Of a stretch of 64,000 bases of DNA, positions 11,693 through 24,100 are shown one piece after another (position 1 is the first letter of the stretch; the number at the start of each line of letters is the position of its first letter). The position numbers were made by a program, and so were the translations under genes. The DNA is from Yuukianura sp. NJ FZ-2021 (Eukaryota): assembly GCA_046563655.1 (NCBI GenBank), contig CM102284.1:8928001-8992000 (forward strand), in the 5' to 3' direction. Under the pieces are notes generated by a model. That model was not told where the DNA came from. It did not search any database and saw only the letters and a list, made by a program, of their open reading frames with translations.

Positions 11693-12380
11693 TCAATACC
11701 AAGGGTTGTCTGCAAGGTCATCGTCTTCATCATCGTCTCCGCGTGTGTTGCCCCTGGTTCCCTCCTGCGTCCAATTCCTCGTCAAACTCTTCCAAATCAT
11801 CATCATCATCATCTTCATCATCATCTTCTTCATCATCATCATCTTCATCATCGTCTTCGTCATCTTTTTGAGCAACTTGCCCAACACTGCGACGTTTTCT
11901 AGAATTTTCAATGGACCGCGCAGTCTCCACTTCTTGGAAAGTGTCAGCATCTTCCAGCTCTTCGTCAACTGCCCTTGGTTTCTCCTCCTCATCATTGTCT
12001 ACATCAGGATCATCACCTTCATCCTCATCATCTTCATCATCTTGCGTTCCTGCTATGTAACGATCATCGTCTTCATCATCTTCATCATCATCTTCATCTT
12101 CATCTTCCAGATATTTTTCGTGTTCTTCAATCTCTTCGTCGTCCAGATCCGAAAGAGAATCGGGCTTCTTCGGAATATCCGGAAGTGGCTTGGCCAAGTA
12201 ATCTTCCTCTTCGTCATCAACTAGCGGATCTTCTGGATATGGAAAAGCCAGCGTCAGGTGACCCAGCATGACCTGAAATTTCAAAATTCAAATTTCAAAA
12301 TTCTAAAAACTTCAACCTAATTTAGACTTTAGATAATTTAGAATTCTTACAATTCCGAGCAGAACTAAAAGGAACTTCAT
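11693..12380 (-). CDS. Secreted Asp/Glu-rich low-complexity protein (2 exons; probable frameshift near the C-terminus)
   Basis: Exon 1 MKFLLVLLGI (12380-12351) splices to VMLGHLTLAFPYPED (from 12272), forming a signal peptide. Long D/E tracts and a furin-type RKRR site follow. As written it stops at 11730; the acidic sequence continues in another frame to 11693. Confidence 0.75.
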
Positions 12381-13064
12381 TCTCAAGATCAGCGAAGCGT
12401 TGCTGCTGATGAGTCTCAGAAATGTTAATCAAAAAAGTTCAAAAATATGTTTTTTTTTAGAACAAAGTTTTAAAATTAGAGGTTAGTAAGTATAAGAAGA
12501 AGTGGAATCGGAATTAGTTCTGAGAAAATGACTTCTAACAGCGCCTTTTTAAGGCTTCCTTAGCTTCCTACTTTTGGATTTGGAATAAGAAACAATGGAT
12601 TTGGTGGAACGTGGAATTGGGTTAGGCTGGAACATGAATTAATTGAGTCAATTTCAATTGTTTTGGGTAACCTCAGGTGCTAAATCCAAGGAAAGACGAC
12701 ACAGTTGAACCAAAAAGAAGAAAAAAACTGAAAAGGCCACAAAGTTCATTGTTTAAATTCGTCCTCTGCCACCCCCGAGGTTCCCAATTTTACAAATTTT
12801 GCACAAAAAAAAGCAATTTTTTTTTTCGAAAAGATGCTTCAGAGTTAAGAGAAAATTATGATTTCAGTTTTTAATTTTGAAAGCCAATTTGAAATGGTAC
12901 AAAAGGAAAAGAGTTTTGGCTGTTCAAGTTTTTATGAGGTCATAGCTCCACTCCGTCCGTTTTTTCTTAGTTTTTACGCTTGATCAATTTCCGCATAAAG
13001 CTATTCAGTTCTATACTATGGCGTTTAAATTTTACAAATTTTTTGCACATTAAATTCCATGAAC

Positions 13065-13275
13065 GTTATAACCAGACATGACAAAAATATTTTCTATCCA
13101 TGCCCTCAATATAAAGAAAAAAATATTTTGGGCTTTTTGATAATATATATTCGTTTATTTTTTCAAGCTCTTAAAGCTAAATTAATAAATATTTCAAGGC
13201 TTATGAGAAAAAATATTGAATATTTAAATATTTTGCCGCTTGTTATAAAATATTTTTGGCATGTCTGGTTACGAC
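13065..13275. mobile_element. Putative MITE / foldback element (about 210 bp)
   Basis: 29-bp inverted repeats with 3 mismatches: GTTATAACCAGACATGACAAAAATATTTT (13065-13093) and AAAATATTTTTGGCATGTCTGGTTACGAC (13247-13275). The interior is AT-rich and non-coding. Confidence 0.55.
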
Positions 13276-13951
13276 CTATGACATTCCAATTCCTTCTTGG
13301 AATGCGATGGTTCGAGATGCAAATTTTGATGTGGTCAACAACCTAGGACAACAATATCAACAATAGGAAAACAGCAGGAGACTCTTATGTTGTCAAGTCC
13401 AAGAGTTTGATTGGTTATTGATAAGAACGCACAGTGAAAGTGATTGGGATAGGCACTACTCGTTCACGTTGCGAATTTTTGCGAAATTTGTCGAAATTTT
13501 GCGTTGACTTTTCATTTGTGATATTGGATTTGACCTTTGACATTTGAAGCGAGGACGAATCCGTATTTTTTATAACAAAAAATAGAACTTTTGGCCTCAC
13601 TTTTGTTAAGGAAAAACTGACACATGCATAATTAAATGGGGATTTAGTAACACACTTTGATTGTTTGCTGAAGGTGTCAATTAATTTAGCACTCTGATGA
13701 TCATTTGAGGTGTTAATGAGTCCTGGATCTCCCATTAATAAAACATGATCTGTACAGTTAGGGTTGCGTCTTCTCCTTCCCAAATTCGCACTATCCAAAT
13801 CCATATAAATACAATGGACCAAAAATTCGCAAACCTTCAGACTAAAATCACATCTCTGAGCAATAACGAACCAGAGTGACCGATCGTCCGGAACGATTCG
13901 CGAACCGACCTTACCGACCTCGGCACAATTTCTGTTGTTTTTGAACCGAAC

Positions 13952-15453
13952 ATGGTCCGGAAGTTGACTCGGGATGTTCAGCGCATGACTGTATTCTCAG
14001 CGTTGTGCTTAATAACGGAGACATTAGGCCATGGACGACTCATGGAACCGCCAAACAGGTCAGAGGTCAAGTTCGACTAAAATTCATAAGACTTTTTCAA
14101 AATTTCTCCAAAAGTGTAGAGATTTTGAAATTTTGAAAAATTCAGGTCATCTCTGTGGAGATTGAAGGAGTTCGAGTCGCAGAGTCCCGAAAAGAACTAC
14201 GACGACAATCAATTGTGGTGTGGAGGCATGGGAAGGTCAGAACTTTCAAAAAAGTTTTCAAAATTTTGGTTTTTGTAAAATCATGAAAATTTTGAAAATA
14301 TAGCCAGTACAACCTGTCTGGTGGGAAATGTGGTCCGTGTGGTGACGAGTACTTGAAACCAAGACCACGGGAAAACGAACATGGCGGAAAATATGGGCGG
14401 GGCATAATCACCCGAACTTATTTACCAGGACAAGTAAGAACTTTTTCATAAAAATTTTCAAAATTTCAATTTTTTGACAACTTTGGCCTCAATTGGCCCC
14501 AAAAAACAAAGGAGTTCAGTGACCCAGTTTTGAAATTCTGATTTAGACAATACCTATTGGGGTTGAGCTGACGGTGAACCACCTTGGATACTTCGTCTTC
14601 AGCTTATGCCCGATCCAGTTGACCTCTGCGGGGTCACTGACCTCCGAAGAAGAAGAATGCTTCGACAAGCACGTTCTCCCATTGGCCGATGCATCGGGAA
14701 CCAAATTTCTAGTCAAATCTAATAATACTGGATACTTCAAGACACAGGTCACGCTTCCTTCCAATCTCACTTGCAAAATGTGTGTCCTCCGCTGGCACTA
14801 CAGAACAGGTGAGGTCAATGGTCACGAAATTTGAAAGGCCAAAGGTCAATGACCTCTGAAAAGTCAAAGGTCAATGACCTCTGAAAATTTTTCCAGGAAA
14901 CCGCTGGAATTATGTCAACAACGAAACCGGGGCTCTAGGGATCGGCGACCAAGAAATCTTTCGGGGCTGCTCGGACATTACAATTGGCTCGTTCCCAGCC
15001 GATCCATCGACCACCACAGCCAAAAGCGAACCGCTCGTAACTCCGCCTCCAGCCTCGGCTAAACCAATCCCCACTCAGTCTCCGCCAAATCGACCAATAG
15101 GAACAAGTCCAACAACGACCGTAGCAACTCCCACTCCGGCGACATCCGGAACCGATCCAAGTACGACACAACTAACTTCTAGTCAAGTTCCGATCACGAA
15201 CCGACCAATGCCGAATCCTACCGAACGACCTCGACCGATTCCAACCCAGCGACCTCCAGGAACAATCCCACCCACTCAACAACCAAAGTCATCTACATCT
15301 CCTCCTCCTTCCAGCTCTCCAGCATCATCAAGTACTTCCAGCACATCAAGTACTGCTAAACCTAGCCAGCATCAGCATCCAGTCATGCATCCTCCACAAT
15401 CTATAATTTTAGCTACTCTGTTAGACTCCTTAGGAAACTCCTTGGAAAAATAA
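13952..15453 (+). CDS. AA15-type LPMO, copy 5, with a long mucin-like Pro/Thr/Ser tail (5 exons)
   Basis: ...TVFSALCLITETLG|HGRLMEPPNRSSLW, QLWCGG, CGPCGD, LTVNHLGYF, CVLRWHYRTG|NRW, GDQEIFRGCSDITI. The last exon (from 14897) is in frame with ORF 15208-15453. An alternative start is ATG 13985. Confidence 0.9.
14843..14880. promoter_or_regulatory. Two perfect IR1 palindromes (AGGTCAATGACCT), ecdysone-response-element type, in the last intron of LPMO copy 5
   Basis: At 14843-14855 and 14868-14880, within a 25-bp tandem duplication in intron 14809-14896. Confidence 0.45.
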
Positions 15454-15998
15454 CCTCAAAAGTCAAAAGATAGAAGTAAAACAGAAATATCCAGGTTAAG
15501 TTGGAAATTAATTTCTAACACGTACTGCTCTAATTCAAAGAAGTATTGAAAGTTTTTGAAAAAACTGCTCTGGAAACTTCCAAAACTAAAACCGCAAAAT
15601 TTTTTTTTGAAAAAATAAGACTCGAAAATCCAGAACAACAAGAAACAAATTCATTGACATTGTAAACCATTAGAGTAACAAATTTTCACAAATTCAACTC
15701 AATTAGTATGTTCTACCCCCTACGTAAGTTACATACATAGTAAAGTTCATTTTTAGGTTACTCTAACCACAACTGCTACTTCGTATGTAGTAAATTTTAA
15801 GCTTAGCACAGGAAACTCTAATTTTTGAAAAGGAAAAACAAAGTTTTGGAAAGGAAACTACAACTATTATAATGTAGATTCTAACTTTTGAAATTGAAAC
15901 ACAAACTTTTGAAAATGAAAACCTCTAATGTTAGAAAAGTAAAACCTACTTTAGAATGATGATGATGTGTTCTGGAAATGAGGCTTGAGAAGAGAATT

Positions 15999-18900
15999 TT
16001 ACAAATACCACAACTTGGTGTGGAGAGCCGGCGGAGCAGCTTGGCAGAGAGCAACTCCAGTAAGATAGGCCAATTTGTGTGCGAATTGACACGGAGCCGG
16101 GACAGCGACAGTTCCACTCCAGTTGTAGTAGAGGTGACAGAGCTTGTAGCTCAGTTGCTGGATTGCATCCGCACTCACTCCAGAATTGTCGAAGATGACA
16201 TTGTAGGACGTTGGTGACACCGTCCCTTGACGAACCGATTGAGACACGAGAAAGAAATCGTACCTAAGACAAAAATAAGACAAACTTATTAGAATGATTA
16301 CAAGCAATCTTTTGAGTTTTCTTTTGAAAACTGCCTTACCGTCCAGGGATGGTCATGATTTCATCCAACACAGTTCCAGGCAAGGGATTGCAGACGCTTC
16401 CAGTCTGACTCACCGTCATGAATCGATTGTTGATCTTCTTCGTCACGACGATGAACGTGAACTTCGGTTGCTCGACGCCCGCCTTCTGATACAATTCGAT
16501 GATCCCTTCCTGAAATTCCCAAAAACAAAAACATTTTAACATTTTAAAATATCATTGGAACTAGAATTCGATTTGTCACTTTTTAAACTTCACTGACCTG
16601 CATACGTTTCACTTCATGGTCCACGACAAACTTGATTTGACCTTCTCCCACTCCGTCCCGGTACAAGATGATGCGATCCGGCAAGTCTCCGTTAGCAACT
16701 CTGAAGGCCTCGAGGCATTCTTAAAGAAAAAAATGCATCATTTTTCAATCTTTTTATACTTTTTAGAAAATTTTGAACAAAACTTACTCTTCGTATCGAG
16801 GCACATGTTGCTGGAGAGTTCAGACTTGTCCTTATGGAAACTGACGACGCTGAAGTAAGTTCCCAAGTTTGGAGAAATTGTTCCGACGAGTGCTCCGACA
16901 CTCTCGTTCTTCCGTTCAGCGCAGTGGTAAACGTCAAATCCAAGGATCATCACTCGAGTCTACATAAAAAAAGCAAAATTATCTTCCAAATTCCTGTTCA
17001 TAGTAATAACATTTCCAACATTTCTAAAATCTTACCTTAAATGGAATCTTGACACTCCATGGTACCCCGCCCAGTTTGGCATTCACTTGGATCATCAACT
17101 TGGACATGATGGAAGAGAAGTTCTTGCTCTCAATGTTCTTTTCCAGGAGACACTGCATTGGAACTGAAAGAAACCAAAACAAAACAACTGAAACCTTGAA
17201 ACAGTGATCTAAAAAGCTGAGTAAACACAAATCTTACCTCCATTTTCCAGCACAAAGAACTTCTTGACTTGTTTGTAGCGCTCCAATTGGTTGTTCGGCA
17301 ACACAAAAACGACGAATTTAGCCCGGCTTCCAAGATCCTTCAATGGCTGCAGCAACTCTCTGTCGTTCAGTTTCTTCATGTTGAAGTGTCCAGTGTAAAC
17401 AGCCCTGCAGTTGAAAATAAGACAACATTAGGATAAAATTTCTTAGAAAAAGGTGGAAATTAAAATTTCGAATCCTGGATTTGCTTCGACTTACACTTGA
17501 AGTGGATCGAACATTCGCATTCCGAGAGCATTGGCTTGATCCCTCATGCCTTGCAGAAGCTTAGCAGATTTTGCCTTGTGATCAGCGTGCAGATAGAGAA
17601 CCCAGTCCACAAGATCCTTGCGATCCAACATGTAGTTCCCTAAATATTACAATTATTATTATAATTATTATAATTTAATAGATTTAAATGAAATGTTATA
17701 AAAAAAACTCACGCTTGAGAAGATTAGTGAAATCTGCCAATCCGTCTGGAGCCACAAAGCAATCTGCGTTCCTCTTGGTTTGAAGATGAATTTCTTCCAT
17801 GTCCAGTGCTCGAGCCTTGGCCTGCAGAAACTGTGGGTTGAAGACCACATCCCAGTCGTGGAACTCGTTTGCAACCTAAAAACAGAAAACAAATAGTTTA
17901 GTTTGATATGACTTAAGTACAAAGTTGAATTAGTACAAGATTTGAGTTCTTACCGCGGGATTTGCCTTCATCGAATCCATGAATTCCTGAAGTTTGGCCT
18001 TCCTCTTGACCGGATTCATGTGAAGATGGTCGCTCATCTTCTGCATCAGCCGAAAATCTCGTCGTTGGGCATCAGACAGTCCCGTCAAGTTACACAAACT
18101 TGGGATGAGATAGAAGTTTGAGCGCATTCCCTTATTCAAATCCTTCTTCCGTGGTTGTGACACAAGCATAGGCTGATTGACCTCAAGCGAACCCTCTTCG
18201 ATGCAGATCCCGTACCGTCTATTGTAGTATTCGATGTAGGTTGTCTCCTTTGTAACCCCTTGTGGATCAGTACTGGTGAACAAGGCTTCCGGTGTAGAGT
18301 CGAAATCAATGTCGTCGATACGGTAAGTCTTCTTGTTGTAGTGAGTGATCACGATTTGCCCCACGAGTTGCTTCTTCAGCTCCGCTCGCTAAAATAAACA
18401 ATAAACAAAATCGTTTGAAATACGAAAAAACAAAAATGAAGATAAAGATTACAAAAAAAGTAATCGTCAAACTCACCGAATAGTCCAGATTTGGGTTTTT
18501 GCCGAGAATTTCCCTGATCATGTCCAAGACGGTCGTAGTTCGGAGGACCTTGTGGGTTGCTTCGATGCAGAGCAAGACGCCAGCATCGTGTTTCTTGATG
18601 GCAGTAATGTAGCCTGGCCAGAGCTTGAGAGGAGCGTTCTCGATGTTGATGACCTTCATTGGGTCGAAAAAGTGACGACCGAGTTCGGCCAGCTTCATGA
18701 TGGCGAGGCACTTGCGAAACACGGTGTTGTAGAACTGGATGAACGTTGGGTCATCGTTGCTGATACTGCCAACATACCGGAGAGTTATCTTGAACTTGTT
18801 CCGATCTTTGAGAGTGGACTCCAACACCAAGAACTGAAACAAACAAAAATGAGTGAATGTCTCAACAGAAGTCACGAAGAGATCATAAGTAGTACTAGTG

Positions 18901-19569
18901 CAAGTAATTTCTTACCTTCTCCGGAATGGTCTTGTTCGTGTACAGCATCGCTCCATCGAAAATGAATCGTCCGAGGTCTTTTTCGTGCGGGTACATCAAC
19001 GTCTTCTTCACGAAAGTGTTGTCCTCGATCGGATCAAAGTCAACGCGATACTGCCGGATTTGGTGACCTTTGCGATCTTCCATACGAACGAAGTTCGTCA
19101 TGACATTGATGTAGTTGCCCTTCTTACCGTGCTTCCGCGTCTCTTCAAATCCTTGAGGTGGGCCAGTCGTTCTGCTGATTCTGGAGCTACTCACGGAAAC
19201 GTTGCTGCCAGTCTCCCACTTTTGCTCATCATCCAAAGGAGGTCGTGTCATCAGTGAACTCGTTACTGAGATTTCGCTTCGTGTATCCCAAGCCGGTAAG
19301 CTGGATGGGAGAGCCACTCCTTCTTCGACGTCCACTTTACGAACGGGAACCGGAACAGGAAGTTCTTCCCCGACGGTTTGCCGAACGTTCCTCGTAGTAG
19401 CAGGGTTCACCAGTGTATCCGGTTCCGGAAATTGAGGAGCCGGACGAGCAGTTGGAGGAGTTCGTGGGTCATTGACCCCAGCAGGTTGCCCATTGTTGGC
19501 TTGAGCATGCATTCTTTGAAGGAATGACCTTGCTCGTCCTCTCACCGGAAAGTCTCCATTGTCCGCCAT
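15999..19569 (-). CDS. piwi: Piwi/Aubergine-clade Argonaute (multi-exon)
   Basis: N domain (QYRVDFDP, FIFDG), PAZ (VITHYNKKTYRIDDIDF...QPMLVS), MID (IQVNAKLGGVPW) and PIWI with GFDV, YRDG, SQSVRQGTVSPTSY, KLCHLYYNW, PAPCQFAHKLA and C-terminal KLWYL. A 5' UTR intron is likely at about 19605-19868. Confidence 0.95.
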
Positions 19570-21114
19570 CTTCGAGCAAGTTTATCTTGGACGTTGAGGG
19601 AAAACTGCAAGTAAAGAGAAAACGAATGAGAAAACATATCCCAAGTATTAACACAACTACGGGACTTCCACAAAAGACCTTAAAATGCCCGGTTTCTTCA
19701 CTGCCACAATTCAAATACAACTTAGAAAGTACTTAATTACATAGCACTATGCCCTCCACGTACAAAAGTATACAGTTAGCACGTAACGACATACAAACGT
19801 TACTTCAGAGTTCAGACTTCAAAAACCATCAAAAGATAAGAATTCGAATCAAATTGTCAGTTGCAGTACCTGTTGACAGTAGTTGATCGATGAAGTTGGA
19901 TTCGAAGCTGTAGTTGGATAATCCGTTGATTAATCAGTAGACGCTAAATTGATGTAGTAGAAAAGTCGATTTTTTGAAGAGCAGGAAAACAGAAGTTAAC
20001 CACACAAGTTCTAACAGCCGACTGAGAGCAGAAGAGCGAGAAAACACGTTATATAGACTGTTTTGATGCCGTTTTTTTCTGACTCCAGCCAATCACTTTT
20101 AGCCACCGCGATGAAAAACGTTTTCGACCTCCCAAACGTGCCACCACATGTAAAATAGCGTTCCACGTACGTTGACCCCTCGCGAAAACGCGTGCGTCAA
20201 AATTTCCGGACTTCCACGTCCTCACGGCGCGAAAAAAAATTTTGAATTTTGCTGCTGCACTAACACCAACAGATGGCAATACTGAAACCGACGCCTTTTC
20301 AAAGTTTAAAAAAACAACTCTTTTGGAACTTTAAACATTTGGATTGTAATTAATTACATTTAATCAATTACATTTCTTCAAAATTTCAAGAAAAAAGATG
20401 GATTTTATAGTTATAGTACCAAAAACTAAGAAAATTAAGTAAAATCTGGTTTAGCGTCACTGTTATAAGGTCGCACGAACAAGGATTTTGCGAAAATTAA
20501 AACCAACGGCGTCGAAATTACTCTAAATTGTAAAAATTTGAAATTGAGTTGAAAGTTTGGCTTTAACGTGACATTTATTTTGACGTGACCTTGACTTTAA
20601 CACAAACTTATGCATCTAATCTATGAATCTGGACGTTCAATCATCTTATTTACGGTAAACAAAACTACTCTTGAGAGTCTCGTAAAACTGAAATGTTAAG
20701 CTTCATTAAAATGTTAATGTTTAGCATTTTTGTAGTAAAGCATAGTTTTTCGATAGAAACTGTCTGAATCTCGTTCTGTATCACGTAATGGAAAAACTAT
20801 GCCACACAAACATAAAAACCGACGCTGGACATGACATGATGACTAAAAAAATTTTATTCAGTTCAACTGATTCATCAAGTACAAATGAAATTTCGAAACG
20901 ACCAAACTCAAAGCAAAAAAAAAAGATCAGAACTGTAACTAAATCTACAGTTTAACACAAAAATAAATTTAACAGCATCAACATCTACATAAAACTAAAA
21001 TGTTCAGTATTTAGTCAAAGTTTTTAGTCTCTGCGGAATCTGTAGTCCTTAAAAGACTAAAAAGTACAAAAATAACTTGGTTGACTGTCGAAACTTGACA
21101 GTAGTTTTTCATTT

Positions 21115-24100
21115 TTAGAGAATTTCATCAGCAAAGGTCACCTTTTGACCTTGTCTATTCCCAGTAGATGAACTTGGATTGTCCGCAGTTCTCGCAGGCA
21201 GTAACGGAATACTGTCAGCATTTCTTGCATGTAGTAGCGGAGTACTGTCAGCATTTCTTGCAGGCAGTAACGAAATGCTGTCAGCATTTCTTGTAGGCAG
21301 TAGCGGAATGCTGTCAGCATTTCTTCCAGGCAGTAGCGGAGTGCTGTCATCTCCTTCATGTCCATTCGACGTCCCTCCTACTCCAACAGAGCGTGTCAAA
21401 GTGCCAGTATTTCTGACCGGGACAAGTTTAGGCCTTGAACTCTGCACTTCCAGGTCATCCGAGACTACAAGTCCGGAGTCTCCGTTGGGAAAATCCTCCA
21501 GATCAACTTCCTGGACAATCACTGTGTTGTTCAAAAGTGGAAAAAACTTGTTTCTTCTTTGATGTTGTTGGCTATCAGCATTACTCATCGTAGTTGTGCC
21601 ACTATTGGACGGAGAAGGAATGAAACTGCGGCGGGGATTGTTAAAATTATTAGTTGTTAAATTATTGTTGAATCCAGAAGGCGGAGCTTGACCGGCATAG
21701 TTGAAGTTTAGAACCGAAGGAGTCGTGGCTCTGGAATCAGCATAAGGTATGTCCGACTGGATACTGGGCTGGAACGGCTGGTTGTAGTAGGGTGACTGGT
21801 TGACAAGGGCTGTTGTCATGGTGACATGACCTCTAGGAAGTGTCCCACCGGACATGGGACAACCCATGGTAGTCATGGGACACCCCATGGTTGTCATGGG
21901 GATGCCTTCGCAACCATCCTGTCGATCAAAACTGTCACCTCCGCTGTCGTTTCTGTTTTGCTGGAACATCCACCGTGTCACTTTTGTTCTTGGATCGTAA
22001 TTTGGCCCGAGGAAGTCCGTTCCAAAGCCATTGTCAGTTTCCGTTTCTGACAAAGTGTCCAGTGCTGGTCGTGGAGCTCTTGATGCTGGTTGTGCTGCTG
22101 GTGCTTGTCGAAGGTAGCCGTATTGGGATCCTTCTGACGACGGAATGTCACCGGCGACATGACTGGCGACATTAGCCGGACTTTCTTGGGTTGTCGCTGG
22201 CGGGTCTTCAGGCCTTGAGCGTTGCCTGAGGCGTTTGAGACTTTGGCGCTGAACGAACAGACCACAGAAGCAGAGGAAGTTCAGAACAAGGAGAAAGGTG
22301 CAGCCAATGAACAGGCTGCTTTGGAACATTGAGGTTATGACAGGCGGTGGTTCATCTGTTTCAGAATTTTCTCCAGAATTTGGCGGGAGAGACGGTGATC
22401 GAGTCAACCCTGGATTATGTTTTGGAAAATGCAGAGGAAATCGGGCGGTGTGGACAGAAGTTCCGTCTCGTTCGTTCAGTTGCTCCGAAGTCAGAGAATT
22501 TCTGAGGATTGCCGGAAATTCGTGTAGCCAAAATTCCATGGAACTCCGACGATACTTTGATTCCACAACGACATCACGTCCTGAAACCAAAAATGAAAAA
22601 ATACTTCAGTTTTTCAAAATTTCTAAAAATTTTCAAAAGTTTGGTTTTTACCGAATCTTAGAAAACTGCCTTTTTCAGCTCGGTATTTCGGCCAGGCCGA
22701 AATTCTCGGCGCAGTTGAAAATCTTTCTCTCGGATTCTGTACATTTGGATCTCTGTTGATTCAAAAATCGTAAAATTCAAAAAAACAAAAACAAAATTCA
22801 GCATTTTAACAAATTCTGAAATCTTTTTCTGAAATCTGAAATTTCGAAATCTCACATTACCCCGATCTGACAAAATTGGCGATGAAAGTAATCAAGAGTT
22901 CGTAAGGTTGCAAATCGACGTTCGGTTGGCCATAGTCAATGTACTTCCACTTGTAGACGCTGCTTGTAAAAATATAGGAAATGTCGTTGTTCTAAAATTC
23001 AGAAAAACTTTTTTTTTAGTACATATCAAATTTCATTTTTTGAAAAAGTTTGTTTTGAAATTTTTGAAAACTCTGACCTTGGCTCTCACCTTTAGCTTCC
23101 CCAGCGGATTATTGTTTTTGGATACATAGAAAAACGTGTTTTTTCCAGTTTGTGAATGGAGATTGAGCAAATTCGTCATAGGAAATACAGTGAGATAATC
23201 CGCTAAAATATCTCTGATGTAAGGATAAGGATCGCCGTATTGATTGATCAAAGCACGCTTCAAGTCCTGAAAAGTTCAAAATTTCAAAAATTTCAATTAC
23301 ATTTTCCAAAAAAAGTTTGAAAATGTCATCAAAATTTTGAATGCTTACATCTCTGAGCGTCTCTTTTGGCTCTGTTCCTGGTTCCAACTGAAGTGCCAAC
23401 TTGAGAACGGCTGTAACAAACTCATCAAGATCCAAATTTTGCCAGAGAGACGAAGGTTGGCCAATATTTGGTAAAATCGTGCCCTCCGCCAGGCCACACA
23501 ACATGTCATATCGGCCAAGGAGCTCCTTAAGGGCCTCTTCATCAGCATAAATTGAATTGACATTCCCTACAAACAACACACAGCGTTGAAAATTTTGAAA
23601 AATGCGTGCTTTTTTTCATTACATGTGAAAACAATGCAAAAAAGTGAAATTAATGCAATAAAGTGCAATAAAATACAAAGTTTTCAATTTTACTGCATTT
23701 TATTTCACATACATAAAAGTCCAAAACGGAAAAAAGGTGCAAAAATTGCATCTTGCACTTGGGATTATTTTGCATTGCACTTTTTCGGACTCGGTTTCAG
23801 TGAAAATTTGTTCTGAAAAATATTCAACAGAAATCTGTCTGAAAAATTGTTTCGGAAATATTTCAGTTTGTTGCATGGCAACTCTACCTATGACATCTCT
23901 GACCATGGTTCCATCGACGGACGGAGCAAACGGATTGTTGAACAGATTAAAACCAATGTTGTGCGCAACTCCCAGAAGTTGATCCAGCGGACGCTGACGC
24001 AAGCAGCGACCGAGTTCTCCCCCCATTTCATGAATTGGACAGCTAAGAGCTCTAGCCATTTGAGTCTGAAATTTGAAAATTTTGAAAAGGACAAGATTTT

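Noticed and set aside
11614-12271. Plus-strand poly-Ser, poly-His and poly-Ile ORFs
   Set aside because: They are antisense shadows of the GAT/GAA-rich acidic gene on the minus strand.
13415-13822. ORF containing HVLLMGDPG, resembling an MCM Walker A lead-in
   Set aside because: No GKS/AKS follows and no other MCM motif is nearby. It is likely chance or a tiny fragment.
3033-15453. Recent horizontal transfer of bacterial AA10 LPMOs
   Set aside because: The motifs match the animal AA15 type, and all copies have spliceosomal introns and host-like composition.
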